In this document: positions 13,114-26,799 of the stretch, one piece after another | Position numbering within the stretch: position 1 is the stretch's first letter | How the letters are laid out: each line of letters starts with the position of its first letter | Assembly (NCBI GenBank): GCA_964016885.1 | Contig: OZ024740.1 | Span: forward strand, 244,528,001 to 244,592,000 | Origin: Eledone cirrhosa | Taxonomy: Eukaryota | Direction: 5' to 3' | Length of the DNA stretch: 64,000 bases | The notes under the pieces: generated by a model | What the model was told of the DNA's origin: nothing | The model's input: the letters and a program-made list of their open reading frames with translations, nothing else | Databases searched by the model: none | Program-made: the position numbers and the translations under genes

Positions 13114-13503
13114 ATATATATCGAAGTTGTAGCCGCAATGTAGCAGACACTAATCGAATTGTTTGAGGCAATTAAAAAGCACTAAAATGGTGCGAAAATT
13201 TGATACATGTTCGTCCAGAGTGAATGCAAAGTTAAGAAATTGTGACACCAAGAAAAGCGACCAAATGCATGTGGCCATACTTATAACACAACAACCATAA
13301 ATACAAACTGGTCAAAGGCAATATATATTATTAAAAGACCGAAAGCCGTAATCAGTTGATTGAGGTATATTTAAAACTGTCCGAGTTGCAGATGAAATTT
13401 TGTCTTATTCTAAAGGCTTATCGATCCTTAAATTTCAATTCTGCTTTCACTTTTGTATTTTACCTATAATCTTCGATTTGTATGGAACTTTACCCTCCTT
13501 TAC

Positions 13504-13569
<66 letters not shown>

Positions 13570-13734
13570 GCTGTCGAAACGGACGGAGCTCAGCCGTCGG
13601 GGGTTCTGAATATTTTCATATAAACACACACACACACATATCTAAATAAATGAATAAATTTTCGCTTTACGTGGCTGAATACATTTTTTTAAATTTGAAT
13701 ATGACAAAGCCGGCCATTGATCGCTCGAATACAG

Positions 13735-13850
13735 GAAACTGACTGGCCAGTCTGCTGATATGCAAATCTTGCTGATCAGTGGATCTGCTAATATGCAGAT
13801 CTGACTGATCAGCCAGTCTGCTAATATACAAATCCGGCCGATCAGTCACT
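13735..13850. repeat. ~33-bp tandem minisatellite inside a hammerhead-bearing repeat
   Basis: Units like CTGACTGATCAGCCAGTCTGCTAATATGCAAAT, ~3.5 copies; paralogue at 52298-52372. Confidence 0.8.
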
Positions 13851-13874
13851 GTATATTTTAGAAAATATCATATA

Positions 13875-15154
13875 CTAGCTGACCCGTCCGGCTGGCCCTC
13901 GGCTAGGTATACCGGCATTTTATCTTTTCAGGAATCCCCCCTCCACTCCAGTACAAAGATACCGCACGCCCTCTCAAGTCAGCGAGGGGGGGGGGGGGGT
14001 TAACGTGCTCTGATGTTAGGTTTGAATAGTTTTTAGGATTCCCCCAGTTCAGTAGCCAGTACGTTAAAGAAAATTGATAGTTACAACAATAAAGGCTGAA
14101 CAGAGAACACATTTTTTAACAAACAATAACTTGTACAACCATAATGGAATTTCCAAGTAACAGAAAATATTTAAATTACATTGTTAGAGCCTCAGAGTAT
14201 ACAATATTTTTTGTTCGGTCCTCCACAGCAAAGATGAAGAGATTGTTTGGCGAGTTCACCCTAGAGCATCCTACATACAATTGACCATGGGAGAGGCACT
14301 GATCTCGTAGCTCGTAGGACACTGTTTTCGAGACAAATGACCGCCTCATTGAAAACGACATCGCATGTTACGTTCGGATTTTGTCTGCGTGTGTGGTGGA
14401 GGATGTCCTCAGCTAGACTTTCGCGGTGGTTGTTCCACATAGCGAGAGGGTCGGCGAGATCGCAGTTGTGCAGCATAACAACAAAAAGTTTTCACAGCTG
14501 AGAAGGGACTTTAGCAGTTGCTGCTTCTTGCAGGGTGAGGTGCCAATGGCTGTCATCGTGTAACATACCACGCATCTGGCAAGCCAAATGATAAGTGGAA
14601 CATTGATGGCCATTGATGGTTCTCAGATCTTGGAAAGATTGTGGTCCTCTAACCTCGAACAGTAACAATGACGATAAGCCGTCTGTGCTTTCGTGAAATA
14701 AATAGGTTTTTGTTTTTGTGTATGCAAAAATACCTGTACACGAATATATATATATTAAAATAACATTAAAGTTTAAGCAAAGAATCGCTGCTTTCACCCT
14801 TAACTAAAAAAATCAGTCTGTGAACGCAGAAGTAAATATTTCGAAAAACGTTATCTAATGCAGACAGCCAGACATACAGAGAGATATTATAAAGGCGCTA
14901 CGTTATAGCTATGTATCTATCTAAAAAGACACTAAGAAAAAGAGGGGAATGTTGTGCCACACCATAAGAAAAAGTGAGGAATGACGTATAACCGGAAGTG
15001 TTAACATTTGAAATTGTAAAGAAGTGAATATTTAAATAATGTCTTTAATCTTTTAACAAAATTCAGTAGACAAAAATACCCTCACTTTTTTACTTGGAAA
15101 AAGTTTGGCGGAATGTTTGTTACGTACATACGGCCGTCAGTTTTATAGTATAGA
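13875..15154 (-). mobile_element. Helitron, internally deleted, both termini intact
   Basis: 5' TC at 15154, 3' GC-rich hairpin + CTAG at 13875; inserted at A|T; RepHel remnants SHGQLYVGCSRV..TKNIVYSEAL and LLLFEVRGPQSFQDLRTING..ACQMRGML; empty site at 52399/52400. Confidence 0.92.
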
Positions 15155-15189
15155 TTTTCACTAGCTCCGACAGTTGGCAGGTGAACAGT

Positions 15190-15239
15190 GAACTGCACTG
15201 ATGAAGGGTAATACCCAGAAACATTAGTATCTGCAGTTC
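15190..15239 (+). ncRNA. Minimal type I hammerhead ribozyme motif
   Basis: GAACTGCA-CTGATGA-aGGGT(aat)ACCCa-GAAACA(ttag)TATC-TGCAGTTC; 8-bp stem I. Confidence 0.75.
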
Positions 15240-15378
15240 TGTTTATATGCCAACACAAGAGCAAGAATGAGGGGCTCATTCTACTGACATGTCTTTAAAA
15301 GTGAGGCTTGTTTGCATAATTGCAAACGAATCGAATATTATTATTAATATTCGAACAACTCAGATTACATTCATTATT

Positions 15379-15495
<117 letters not shown>

Positions 15496-16414
15496 AACAA
15501 TGAAAATAGAACAGAAGTCGAAGATATGTTTTTAATTATTTCAGAGGGTTGATTGATCATGGTAGATCGATATATTGACTAGCAAATGGTGGTTATGTCA
15601 CTACCTATTTCTAGTTTTGAAAATCTCTCATCTTTCACACCGTCTTCGTGATAAACAATTGTTGCGTCAGTGATTCAGTGAATTACTGGTTGTGGTATCA
15701 ATATGAGCACTCGATACACAGGCAGTGTATATAAGAAAAAAACCATGAAGTTTCGTTACATGTAATTATGTTTTTTATTGTGTATTGGACTGTTACGCGC
15801 ATTTCGCAGATGATTGGTTCAAGGTCACCCATAGAAGTTATGGACCTGACTCCAACATCGACCTGCTCATCAGACTGGTGATTCAACAAAAATTAAACTG
15901 TTTGTTGTGATTGGTTACATTTTGGGTATATATTTTTTCCGTGGGTGTGTGTGTGTATGTATGTAAGTGTTTGAATGTGTTGGAATGCCGACTTGTGTGT
16001 GGGTATGTATATATGCATCTGTGTGTATTTGTGCCTGTATATTCTATTATGAATGTGATTATATGTATGTAGGTGTGTATGTGTAGGTATGGATGTGAGA
16101 GCACCAGAAGAGTTGCTGGTCAGCTAGGCGTCCACTATCAGACATTGCCAACAGCCAACAGAATGTTCAAAACAGGACATAGGACAATGAACTCCCTCGG
16201 CGAGGTTCTGTGTAGTACTGTGTGGCATGGTTTCAGGTTACAATTGCCCATCAGGCAGCAACAACTTTATATTTTTTTCAGACATAGTGAATCAAGTACT
16301 ATATCATTAAATTTGTTCTTTTTCCTTGATTGTAATGAGTGATTTGAGAAAAATTTGTCTGTTATTTATAATAGTTCGAACAAGCACGCAGAAGCTTGCA
16401 TTTTAATATCTACA

Positions 16415-16893
16415 GTAGGATTAGCAGTATCGGTAGAGCGTCGGACAACATGCTTTATGGCATACAGTTGCGCCCCTTTACTATCTAAGTTCAAATCCTG
16501 CCGAGGTAGCTTTCATCCTTACGGGGTCGATAAAATAAAGTGCCAGTAATGTACTGGGTCGATTTAATCGACCCCCCCCCCCAAAAAAAAAAAAAAAATT
16601 TGTTGGCTTTGTGTCTAAGTCAGAAACCAATGTATGGAGTAGATGTAATAGAAGAATCAAAATTAGCACAAGCTAAGACTGGGATTTTGGAGTTTCCGTG
16701 TAATTCTTTAAAATAATTGTTTCTACTTTTGGCACAAACCAGCAATTATCCCAGTACATTACTGGTGCTTTATTTTATCGACCCCGTAAGGATGAAAGGC
16801 AAAGCTAACCTCGGCGGGATTTGAACTCAACGCAAAGGGCCATAACTCTATGCTGCAAAGCATGGTGTCTGACGCTACACCGATACTGCCAAT
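16415..16893. mobile_element. Two SINE copies tail to tail (16415-16630 +, 16712-16893 -)
   Basis: Sequence match to the SINE family. Confidence 0.85.
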
Positions 16894-16904
16894 GTCTTTA
16901 TTCT

Positions 16905-17430
16905 TACAGGAGCTGGTGCATTAATGAGCCAGCTTTAGAAGAAAATAGGTAGGTGTAAAAGACCAACTTGCAAACTTGACTTCAATTCGGTTTTAGTGCC
17001 AACTCTTATCTATGGTCATGAATCTTGGGTAGTGACCGAAAGACATTGGTTGCGAATACAAGCGGCCGAAATAGGGTTTCTCCGAAGTTTTTGAAGTAAT
17101 GTTACTTGATAGGGAGCATAACTCGGAGATCAGGGAGTCGCTTCTCCCAATCGAGATATCACAGTTGCGGCACTACGGATATGTGGTTGGAATGTCTAAA
17201 GAAATAATCACAGGACAGATTTTACTGAAAAAGTCAACTGGCAGGAGACTCAGAAGTAGACCACGAGCAAGATGACTGGATAACATCCGTGTGCTCGGTT
17301 GGTTTCGCTTGGGGATCCAGCTGGATCAACTGGAAACGGTTGCTTCTGATATGACCCTCTAGAAGGCATGTCCGAGGAATCTACCTACACGACCCTCCCA
17401 GGAAAATGAAGAAAAGAAGAAAAAGAAGAC
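16905..17430 (+). mobile_element. RTE LINE 3' fragment with GAA-rich tail
   Basis: FNSVLVPTLIYGHESW, RIQAAEIGFLR; homologous to 33660-34241. Confidence 0.8.
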
Positions 17431-17472
17431 TTTATTATTCCCCTGGTATTCTATTTGATATACAGTAAACTT

Positions 17473-17549
<77 letters not shown>

Positions 17550-17993
17550 CAGCGGTGATGACCTTTTTTCACTTTCTGTCTACTAACAATGATCAATCAG
17601 ATCAAGTCCAGCTGAAGTCAATAAGTTATGGCGGGCTTGCCTATAGATGGCGCCACGTGGATGACTGAATATCTGAATGTTCATTGTATGGAAAAAGGTC
17701 TGTTTCCTTTGTTGTTCTAGCTGCTGTTGTAGTTATTGTTGTTGTTCTTCTTCTTCCGTACGTGTCTTGTAATGTCTATAAAAGAATTTGACAGTGGATT
17801 AATAAGAACAATAACAATAACAGCAACAACAACAAAGTAACGTTAGTCAATATAATAGAAACAACAAACTAATGAAAAATATGATGTACACACACACACA
17901 CATATATATATGTATATATATATGTGTGTTTGTACGTATATATATATATATACATATACATACATATGTACATACATATATATATATACATAT

Positions 17994-18075
<82 letters not shown>

Positions 18076-18077
<2 letters not shown>

Positions 18078-18248
18078 GTAGGTCCCGGGTTGAGTCGGGG
18101 ATAACCACAGTAAGTAAGGTACTCAATACATGGCAGAGTAAAATTTTTTATTTTATAGAAGGAGCTTCTACAGGACTAGTACTGTTTCATTCAGATGAAG
18201 ATTTCATCTGAATGAAACAGTACTAGTCCTGTAGAAGCTCCTTCTATA
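18076..18248. mobile_element. (TA)n-embedded Penelope pseudo-LTR-like fragment with perfect fold-back
   Basis: Reverse complement of 48718-48843; ~46-bp perfect inverted arms around a GAT loop. Confidence 0.7.
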
Positions 18249-18327
18249 TATATATATATATATATAAAGAGAGAGAGAGAGAGAGAGATGAGATTCTACA
18301 AGACTAGAACTGTTTCATTCTTTAGAA

Positions 18328-18387
<60 letters not shown>

Positions 18388-18564
18388 CATATATATATAC
18401 ATACATACATACATACATATATATATATATATATGTAGGTGTGTGCGTGTATGGATGTGTGTATGTGTGTACTTACATAGATACGTGTGTACATATACTC
18501 GAATTACTGTGTCTTTATCCGTCTCCGTCTTTTTCCGTAGTCTAAATAGTGGTTTGAATGCTTA

Positions 18565-18897
18565 TCTTCTTCTTCTTCTTCTTCTTCTTCTTCTTCTTCT
18601 TCTTCTTCTTCTTCTTCTTCTTCTTCTTCTTCTTCTTCTTCTTCTTCTTCTTCTTCTTCTTCTTCGTGAGAGGGTCGTGGGCGCACAGTCCTCAAACACT
18701 CCTTCTAGCGGGTCCAACTGATCCGGCTGGATCCCCAAGCGCAACCAGCCAAGCTCATGGATGTTATCTAACCATCTTGCTCGGGATCTACCCCGGGGGT
18801 CTCCTGTCGGTTAGTTTTGCCCGTAAAATCTGTCCAGCGATTCTTTCCTGAGACATTCTAACCACATGCCCTGAGTATCAGAGCTGTGATCTCTCCC
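18565..18897 (-). mobile_element. RTE LINE 3' end with (GAA)n tail
   Basis: Homologous to 33915-34241; (TTC)n at 18565-18665. Confidence 0.85.
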
Positions 18898-19021
18898 ATC
18901 AATAGACCAAAACAAGCATGGCCGCAGGCAATCTACTGAAACTAGAAAAAATGGCTAATAGAGTAAATAATACTATTTACAATAATTAGATAATGTAAAT
19001 ATACAGAATGATGGCACAAAT

Positions 19022-19153
19022 ATAATTGTTTATACGTTTGGCACAAGGCCAGCAATTACCCAGTGCATTACTGGTACTTTATTTTATCGACCCCGTAAGG
19101 ATGAAAGGCAAAGTTAACCTCGGCGGGATTTCAACTCAGAATGGCAAGGGACA
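19022..19153 (-). mobile_element. SINE, 5'-truncated
   Basis: Sequence match to the SINE family. Confidence 0.88.
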
Positions 19154-19248
19154 TATGTGCTTTCCCCACTTCGTCTGATCATACTTGTATTACAGAATAA
19201 CATTATATTTAAAATGAGAGACATAAACATACTCACACGTACATACAC

Positions 19249-19393
<145 letters not shown>

Positions 19394-19559
19394 ACAGGGA
19401 GAAAAAGACGATTATTAGGAAGAAAAATATTTTTTTCTCCCTTTTTATTTCTTTCTCTCTTTTTTTCTGGGTTAGAAAATGATTAAAACGAAATATTTTA
19501 TTTTGTGTAAAGTGTTAAGTATTAGTTAATTTATTTATTAATTAACAATCGCATTTATT

Positions 19560-21435
19560 TATTTATATATATATTTAATAATTGTCTATTACCGGTTTCA
19601 GTATTTTTATGCATTATCAAATGATAGTGATATGTATTGGTGTAGAATGGTGGTGTTGGACATGTTAAAGAAATGGTGCAGAAAGAATAATGTTATTTAC
19701 AAACAAGGTTTATGAAGTGAAAATAAAAAATAAAAAAGAAAAGAAGGAGCGTAATGTGGGGCATAATAAGTCAATGTGAAAGAAAAAATAATGTTATTTA
19801 CAGGCATAGTTCTTGAAGATAAGCAGATCAAAATGTGTTAATATAGCAAGAGTGCTTAGTTGATCCATGATGGAGGCAAATGGTGGACTGGGGTTTGATA
19901 TGATTTCCCTTTTTAGAGAGTTAATATGCAGGGGGAGGTAATTCATGCTGGATGATATTTAATTTATTTAAGAAAAAGGATTAGGTAGGGTGTGAGCGAG
20001 GTAACTCTTTAGAGAGACATAGGTATTTGTAAATGTTTGATTGTTCGTTCCAGTTTTAGTTTAGTCCGAAGTTTAGTGCATTAAGCAGAGGTTGGAATTT
20101 GTTAATGAAATACGTTTCCTTATTGGTACGTTGGATGAAAGTAGCGTTGTCTATGAATTTGTAAATGAGGAAAATTTTAAAGTTTGGATGTTGGTTGGGT
20201 GCACAATTGGCGATATGTTCACTAAACGCAATCTTTCTGTATTCCTGCACTTTGATTTGTGATTTATGGACGGTCATACGTTGTCGGAGGCTGTTTTTTG
20301 TCTGTCCTATGTAGTGCTCTTGACAACCTGAGCAGGTCAAAACATAGATTAGGTTTTCAGATGCACATGTAACGTTGTGTTTAACTGTGAAATGTTGTCC
20401 TTGTTTAAAATGGAATGTTGAACCTTCTATTAGATTTATGCATATGCCACAGTTGGGCCTTCCGCATTTTGTTACTGTAGGGTTCATTGTGAGGGTTTTG
20501 GCTTGTATGAGGATGTTTTTTATGGATTTAGGTTGTCTTTTGCTCTTTATGATGTCGTGTGTTTGGAGGATTTTGTTCATTCTTGGGTCTCTTTTTAGTA
20601 AAGGAATGTTCTGGAGGATGGTGTCGAATGCCTCATTGTTGAGGGGGTTGTGTGTGGAGATGTATGGTAGCGTTTTCTGTTGCGGTTCATTCCTGGGTTT
20701 GGGGTGTCTGAGTTCCTGGATGTCGAGTTTAGGGCACGTTGGAATCCATTGTTGATTAGGGATGGTGGGTAGTTTCTGCTGATAAGTGTGTTTTTTAATT
20801 CTTCTAGTCGTGTGTAACATGTGTATTTATCTGAAACTATTGTGCAGATCCTTCTGGCTAGGTTATAAGGAATTGCCATTTTGGTGTGTCTAGGGTGGCA
20901 CGAGTTGAATGGAAGGTATTGTTTGGAGTCTGTGGGTTTGTAGTATATGTCTGTTTCTATTTTGTTGTTTGATTTCTTGATGAGGATGTCGAGGAATGGG
21001 AGTTGTTCATGGCTGTAATCCATTGTGAATTGTAAGTTTGTGTTGAGTCCATTCAGAAGGGTTATAACTAAATCAGTCTATCTATACTTTCATGCCAGAG
21101 GATGAAGCAGTCGTCCAGATATCTCTTCCAGAGTTTTTTTATGTGTAGGTAGAAGTGGTTACCGTATTTGTCTAGAACTTTGCGGTCGAGTGGTTTCCAA
21201 ATATCCCATGACAAGGTTGGCGTATGAGGGGCTACTTTCGTTCCCATGGCAGTCCCAGATTTATGTCTGTAGTATTTGGCATTAAATTCGAAGAAATTGT
21301 TTTCCAAGATGAATTTGAGTCCCTCCAACAAATTCTTTAGGGATGCGCTGTGGGAGTTCACTAGGGAAATGTTCAAGCCAGAATTGTATTGCCTCTATAC
21401 CTAGGTTGTGTGGGATATTGGAATATAAATTGATG
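19560..21435 (-). mobile_element. Penelope-like element (Neptune-type), RT + GIY-YIG, frameshifted, 5'-truncated
   Basis: GTAMGTKVAP, WKRYLDDCF, LPFLDI, YYKPTD..YLPFNSCHP, CGRPNCGIC, NLIYVLTC..HYIGQT in ORFs 21068..21376, 20595..21023, 20056..20820. Confidence 0.92.
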
Positions 21436-21487
21436 TAGTAGTAGTAGTAGTAATAGTAGTAGTAGAGGCAGCAACAGCAGCAGCAGC

Positions 21488-21561
<74 letters not shown>

Positions 21562-21600
21562 TAGTAGTAGTAGCAGCAGCAGTAACAACAACAACAACAT
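21434..21600. repeat. (TAG)n/(CAG)n compound trinucleotide repeat (similar at 17472-17552)
   Basis: Directly visible. Confidence 0.97.
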
Positions 21601-22271
21601 TGACAGAAGCTGTTATATCAATATTACTAATAAACTGTAAAACAAAAAATGGGGGAAAAAATACTTCCGTTTGTATGTTTTAATTAATCGCAGAAAAACA
21701 GGAAGTAGCTAGAACCCATTCCTGCAAGTGTGAGAGAATTTGATATTTCATTACTAATTCCCTATAGTTTGGAAATCAAGAAAATTGAAATGAAACATAG
21801 CAAGGCTGGGAATTAAACTGGAACATTTCACAGAATGTGTGTTTCTTTGTGGTCAGACATCTAATAAAAATTGAGAAAAGCCGAGAAAGGAAAAAAATAA
21901 AGACAAGGAAATTACACTGAGATCAAAGATTGGTGTGGAATACATTTCCTTTTGGAGAAGTCATGCTTTAGTGGAAATGGGTCTTAGAAATATGGCGGCG
22001 ATTCCGCTGGTGTTATTGGTTAAAATATCGTGTTGTGATCGAGAGAAAGAGAAAAATAGTTATCTTTCTAGTCAAGAAAGGAGCCATGACGGTATACTGA
22101 GCAAATCTCAAAGGAAAATAATTAATTAAATAATAGATATTTATGTACAACACCATGTATACTGAAACATCTAATGTAGATATTACTACAATTTATAAGT
22201 TTTGCTGTGGAAGGTAAACAAATGTAAAAACATTATATTACATTATTCGTCCACGAAAACCGTATGGATAT

Positions 22272-22435
<164 letters not shown>

Positions 22436-24291
22436 CTTATGTTCTATAATAAATAGAAATCAATAAAATAAAATCAGATTTTACAAAATAAGTACTGGGA
22501 TTATTATTGATTTAAACCATTGATTCCATGGTCGCACTAGAATGACTGAAATCCATAAAAGAACAAACAAATTGGTTATCTTTCCTAAAATATATCTCGC
22601 ATTAGTTCTATCATACCACATGCTTATGACACTATAGAAGTTATCCCATCATAGGTTTATATTCCCCTATTGTTATTATCCTCAAGGGATAGGCTTTTGT
22701 CAATCATAGTTTATCTTCCTGTTATCCTACGTTAGCTTTATTCTACCACTTGTCATATCAACATAATTTATATTCCTATATGAAAGCACGAGACTTGGTT
22801 AAGATGTTCGGCTCACAATCATAAGGTTTATTCCCAGCGGTACCCTGACCCTTTGAGGAAGACATTCTACTTCATGTTGCTTTACACCATTCAGCTGGGC
22901 GTGGGGTGAGTTTAACTCGTGATTCAAAGGACCAACCAGGTCGCACACTGATTTATGGTGAGTCTCCCTAAGGGTTAGGTTATGAGTACAGATGTCAGTG
23001 GAATGCTCAGCCACTTACCCGTTAATCTCACGAGCAGGCTATTGCGTGTTATCTAACAATCGGATCACTCGAACCGGTGGATGTCCAACTCACAAATACA
23101 GATATCGTTATTCAATCCAAGGTATTTTAAAAACTATAGTGTATTTTCCAAATAGTCATCTCATCTTAGACCTATAAGGTTATTTCACTTTACCAGTCAT
23201 TCCCGCATTGGTTTATACTCCCTCGTCGTTATTCTATTTCAATGTAGTTTTCTCACTATGAGATTTTCTCACCATTGGAGTCCCTCTAATAATTTATCAC
23301 ACAGAAGATACAAGGCGAAACATTTAAGGGAGAGGAACAGTTATATAGAGCTCAACGTTGACTGCTGCTGTATATCGTCGACTCCGAATACTTGAACTCA
23401 GAAAGTAAAATATCAGCACAAATACTGCAAAGCAGTTTATCCGACGCTCTACCGATTCTTTTCACAAATCGTCCTTTGGAATATCCTATAATAATCGATT
23501 CTAACATATACACTGGATCAGAAATTTGCGGCAAGGATATTAGTCGGTTAAATTGATCACAATTCTTGACTGGTATTCTATTTTATCGACCCAGGATAGA
23601 TGAACGACAACGTTTACCTCGGCAGGATTTATACTCAAAACATAAATAGTCGGAGCAATTCTGCAAAGAGTTTTGCCAACGTTCTAATGCTTCTACTAAT
23701 CTACCACCCATAATAATAAAGCAGCTTGTCTAAAAAGGAATAAAAACTCGAAGAACAACACGTCTTTTGAGAAGAAATTCAATCAAAAATCCATGTGTCA
23801 AAATTCTGAATAGAGCTGCAATGGTAAATGTTAAGTTTCGAGCCCAGTCACGGATGTGAGGTTATAAAGCTCCCTTTATAATAACGTGGTTCCGGATTCG
23901 AGCTCGTAGCACTACTCTATTATAGTGAACAATAACAACATTGGTTCACGCTTATCAATGGTCCACTGAAATTTTGTGGATTATGAATATCGCTTGAAAT
24001 CGTAGGTCTGCGATTTTCACACTGATATACAGGATAAGTCATAAGTAACCGGGAAGTCGATGCATTTTTGTTGCAATGGTTTACACATGACTTTTTGAAC
24101 ATCCGCTTATTTGTGTGTGATCAGCCATGATTATGTTATTTTAAGTACTTTTATTTGATGTATTGATAATTTCGTAATGTAAGACCGGAATTTTAGTATG
24201 TATCATTTGCAATATAAATGTTGTAATGTCTGGTTACTTAGTACTCAGTACTCATGCTGTACATTGTCGAAACGTTTACACATACATACAA

Positions 24292-24397
<106 letters not shown>

Positions 24398-24453
24398 AGA
24401 AGTTCGTGAACAAACAAACAGACAGGAACTACAACTTTATATATATAGATATA

Positions 24454-24901
24454 CTAGCAGAGGTACCCGGCGTTGCTCGGGTATTAAATAGCAGTTATGT
24501 ATACCATTTATGTCAATACTTCAGTGCTGCTTCAAAAACTATACTTTTAAAAAATCATCGGCTTTTTCCAAAAGGGGGTTCCTGCCCCCAGGGGTCCCCT
24601 ACTCAATATGTGCCAATTCTGAGAGTTCACATTCATCTGTAGAACAAGCGTAGCCCATGTGTCAAGTTTTGTGAAAATCGGTTGCGAACTCCAGAAGTTA
24701 TGACGTTTTGTTGCATTGCACTGCAGTGCTTCAGTCGACTCCAAGGAAGTGGTTAAAGGGGGTTATCTGCCGGGAGGCCCTATAATCAATATCTGTAAAA
24801 ATGAAAGTGCACATGACCATCCGGAGTACATAAGTAACCTATGTCTTAAGTTTGGTGAAAATACTGTAGAAATGCATAAGGTTTACACACACGTGCGCGC
24901 G

Positions 24902-24939
<38 letters not shown>

Positions 24940-25780
24940 TATGTATATGTATGTGTATGTCCATCGGCGCATACGTATGTACTGGCCTAAATCTTCACTA
25001 TTTACTTTTACTATTTTAAGGCAAAGTTAAAATCCCGTCGAGGTTAACTTTGCCTTTCATCATTACGGGATCGATAAAATTAAGTACCAGTAATGTACTG
25101 AGTAATTGCTGGCCTTGTACCAAAAGTAGAAACAACTATTTTAATAACCTCTGTCATTTTCGTTTACAATTTTATTTACACCATTCTTAGACTCCGGGGC
25201 TGGAAATCATTCGGTTATTTTAAATAGAATATTAGTCTAACGACTCCGTTTACACCATAAACTTGGTCTCGTCTTTGCATGAAATTGTTCTTCTCGGTCA
25301 ACATAACGACGTATTATCCTCGTTTAATAGATTTAACTCTTACTGGAACGTTGCACGAACACACACACACACGCGCGCACGCACACACACACACGCGCGC
25401 ACGCACACACACACACACGCGCACGCACACACACACACGCACACATGTTAATTAGTTATAGCATTCCTTACCCTCTTCCACTGTCATGTATCAAACACAG
25501 CATCTGTCGCTCTCTCTCTCTCTCTCTCTCTCTCTCCCGCTATCCCCCTCTTTTAGTCTGTCTGTTTCTTTCACTCTCACTCTTTCTTTTTCATTTTTAT
25601 AGATATAGAGATTTTTTCTAAGTAAAGTCGTACCTATAGTCAGTTTTATAGATTTTTTACCTGGACAAAGGGGGAGTCGATCATTCGCAATGTCGTGCCG
25701 ACCTGCCCTGATAAGTTTGTGGTTGATTACAAAAAGAATTGTGAAAATTGGCCTTGCGGATCAAAAGTTGCTGCGGAACA

Positions 25781-25862
<82 letters not shown>

Positions 25863-25895
25863 GACAGACAGACATTTTCATTTTTATAGATATAG
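24454..25895 (-). mobile_element. Non-autonomous Helitron-like element(s), containing a SINE at 25028-25140
   Basis: Minus-strand 3' end CCCGAGCAACGCCGGGTACCTCTGCTAG-T (hairpin + CTAG); 5'-like ends TCTATATCTATAAAAATGAAAA near 25895 and 25609; similar 3' end at 49345-49372. Confidence 0.5.
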
Positions 25896-26149
25896 ATTAT
25901 TTTATATCGAAATTACTTCTACACGACAAGAACTGTTTAATTATCCTGATGATTTCATACGAATGAAACAGTTCTAGTTCTGTAGAAGTCATTTCTATAT
26001 AAAATAAAATATGCCTATACTCTACCAATGTATTGAGTAACTTTTTAAACTTTGATTAGCCCCAGATACAACTCATGAATCTGCATATTATATAAATGAA
26101 TAAATACACACACACAGACACACACAGACACACACACAGACACACACAG

Positions 26150-26236
<87 letters not shown>

Positions 26237-26373
26237 GTAGTAAAAACTTGGTATAAAATATTCAAGGGGTTAGAGCACTCATTCTGTGGGACGGATTGTA
26301 TACAATCAGTTGTAATGCCATCGTTATAGAACTGATTGTGTATGTGTGTATTTATGAATGTATATATTTATGA

Positions 26374-26423
<50 letters not shown>

Positions 26424-26484
26424 CTCTCCATATTATTACATTAAGATTGACCATACGGAATTGATCAGTGGTGAACCTCAAACC

Positions 26485-26586
<102 letters not shown>

Positions 26587-26799
26587 TCTTTATTTACCAT
26601 AAAGGCATAAAAAGAAGGGACAAATACAAAGGGGGAGTTTACATATAATCGAGTAAAAAGGGTGTAACATGAAAATAATCGAAAATAACCTCAAAAGGGA
26701 GGGGACGTGATGGGGGTTGCACACACCCCCGAAAAAGTGTGCAATCCTTTGCCCGGGGAGCACATGGAGAAGGTGCTCCCCTCTCCTTTACTTCTTTAC

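Noticed and set aside
15698-15889. NIITCNETSWFF resembling a mariner catalytic motif
   Set aside because: Too short, with no TIRs or further motifs found
21655-22010. ETS-like (ACTTCCG, CAGGAAGT) and YY1-like (ATATGGCGGC) motifs as a host promoter
   Set aside because: Short motifs expected by chance; no associated exon or ORF identified
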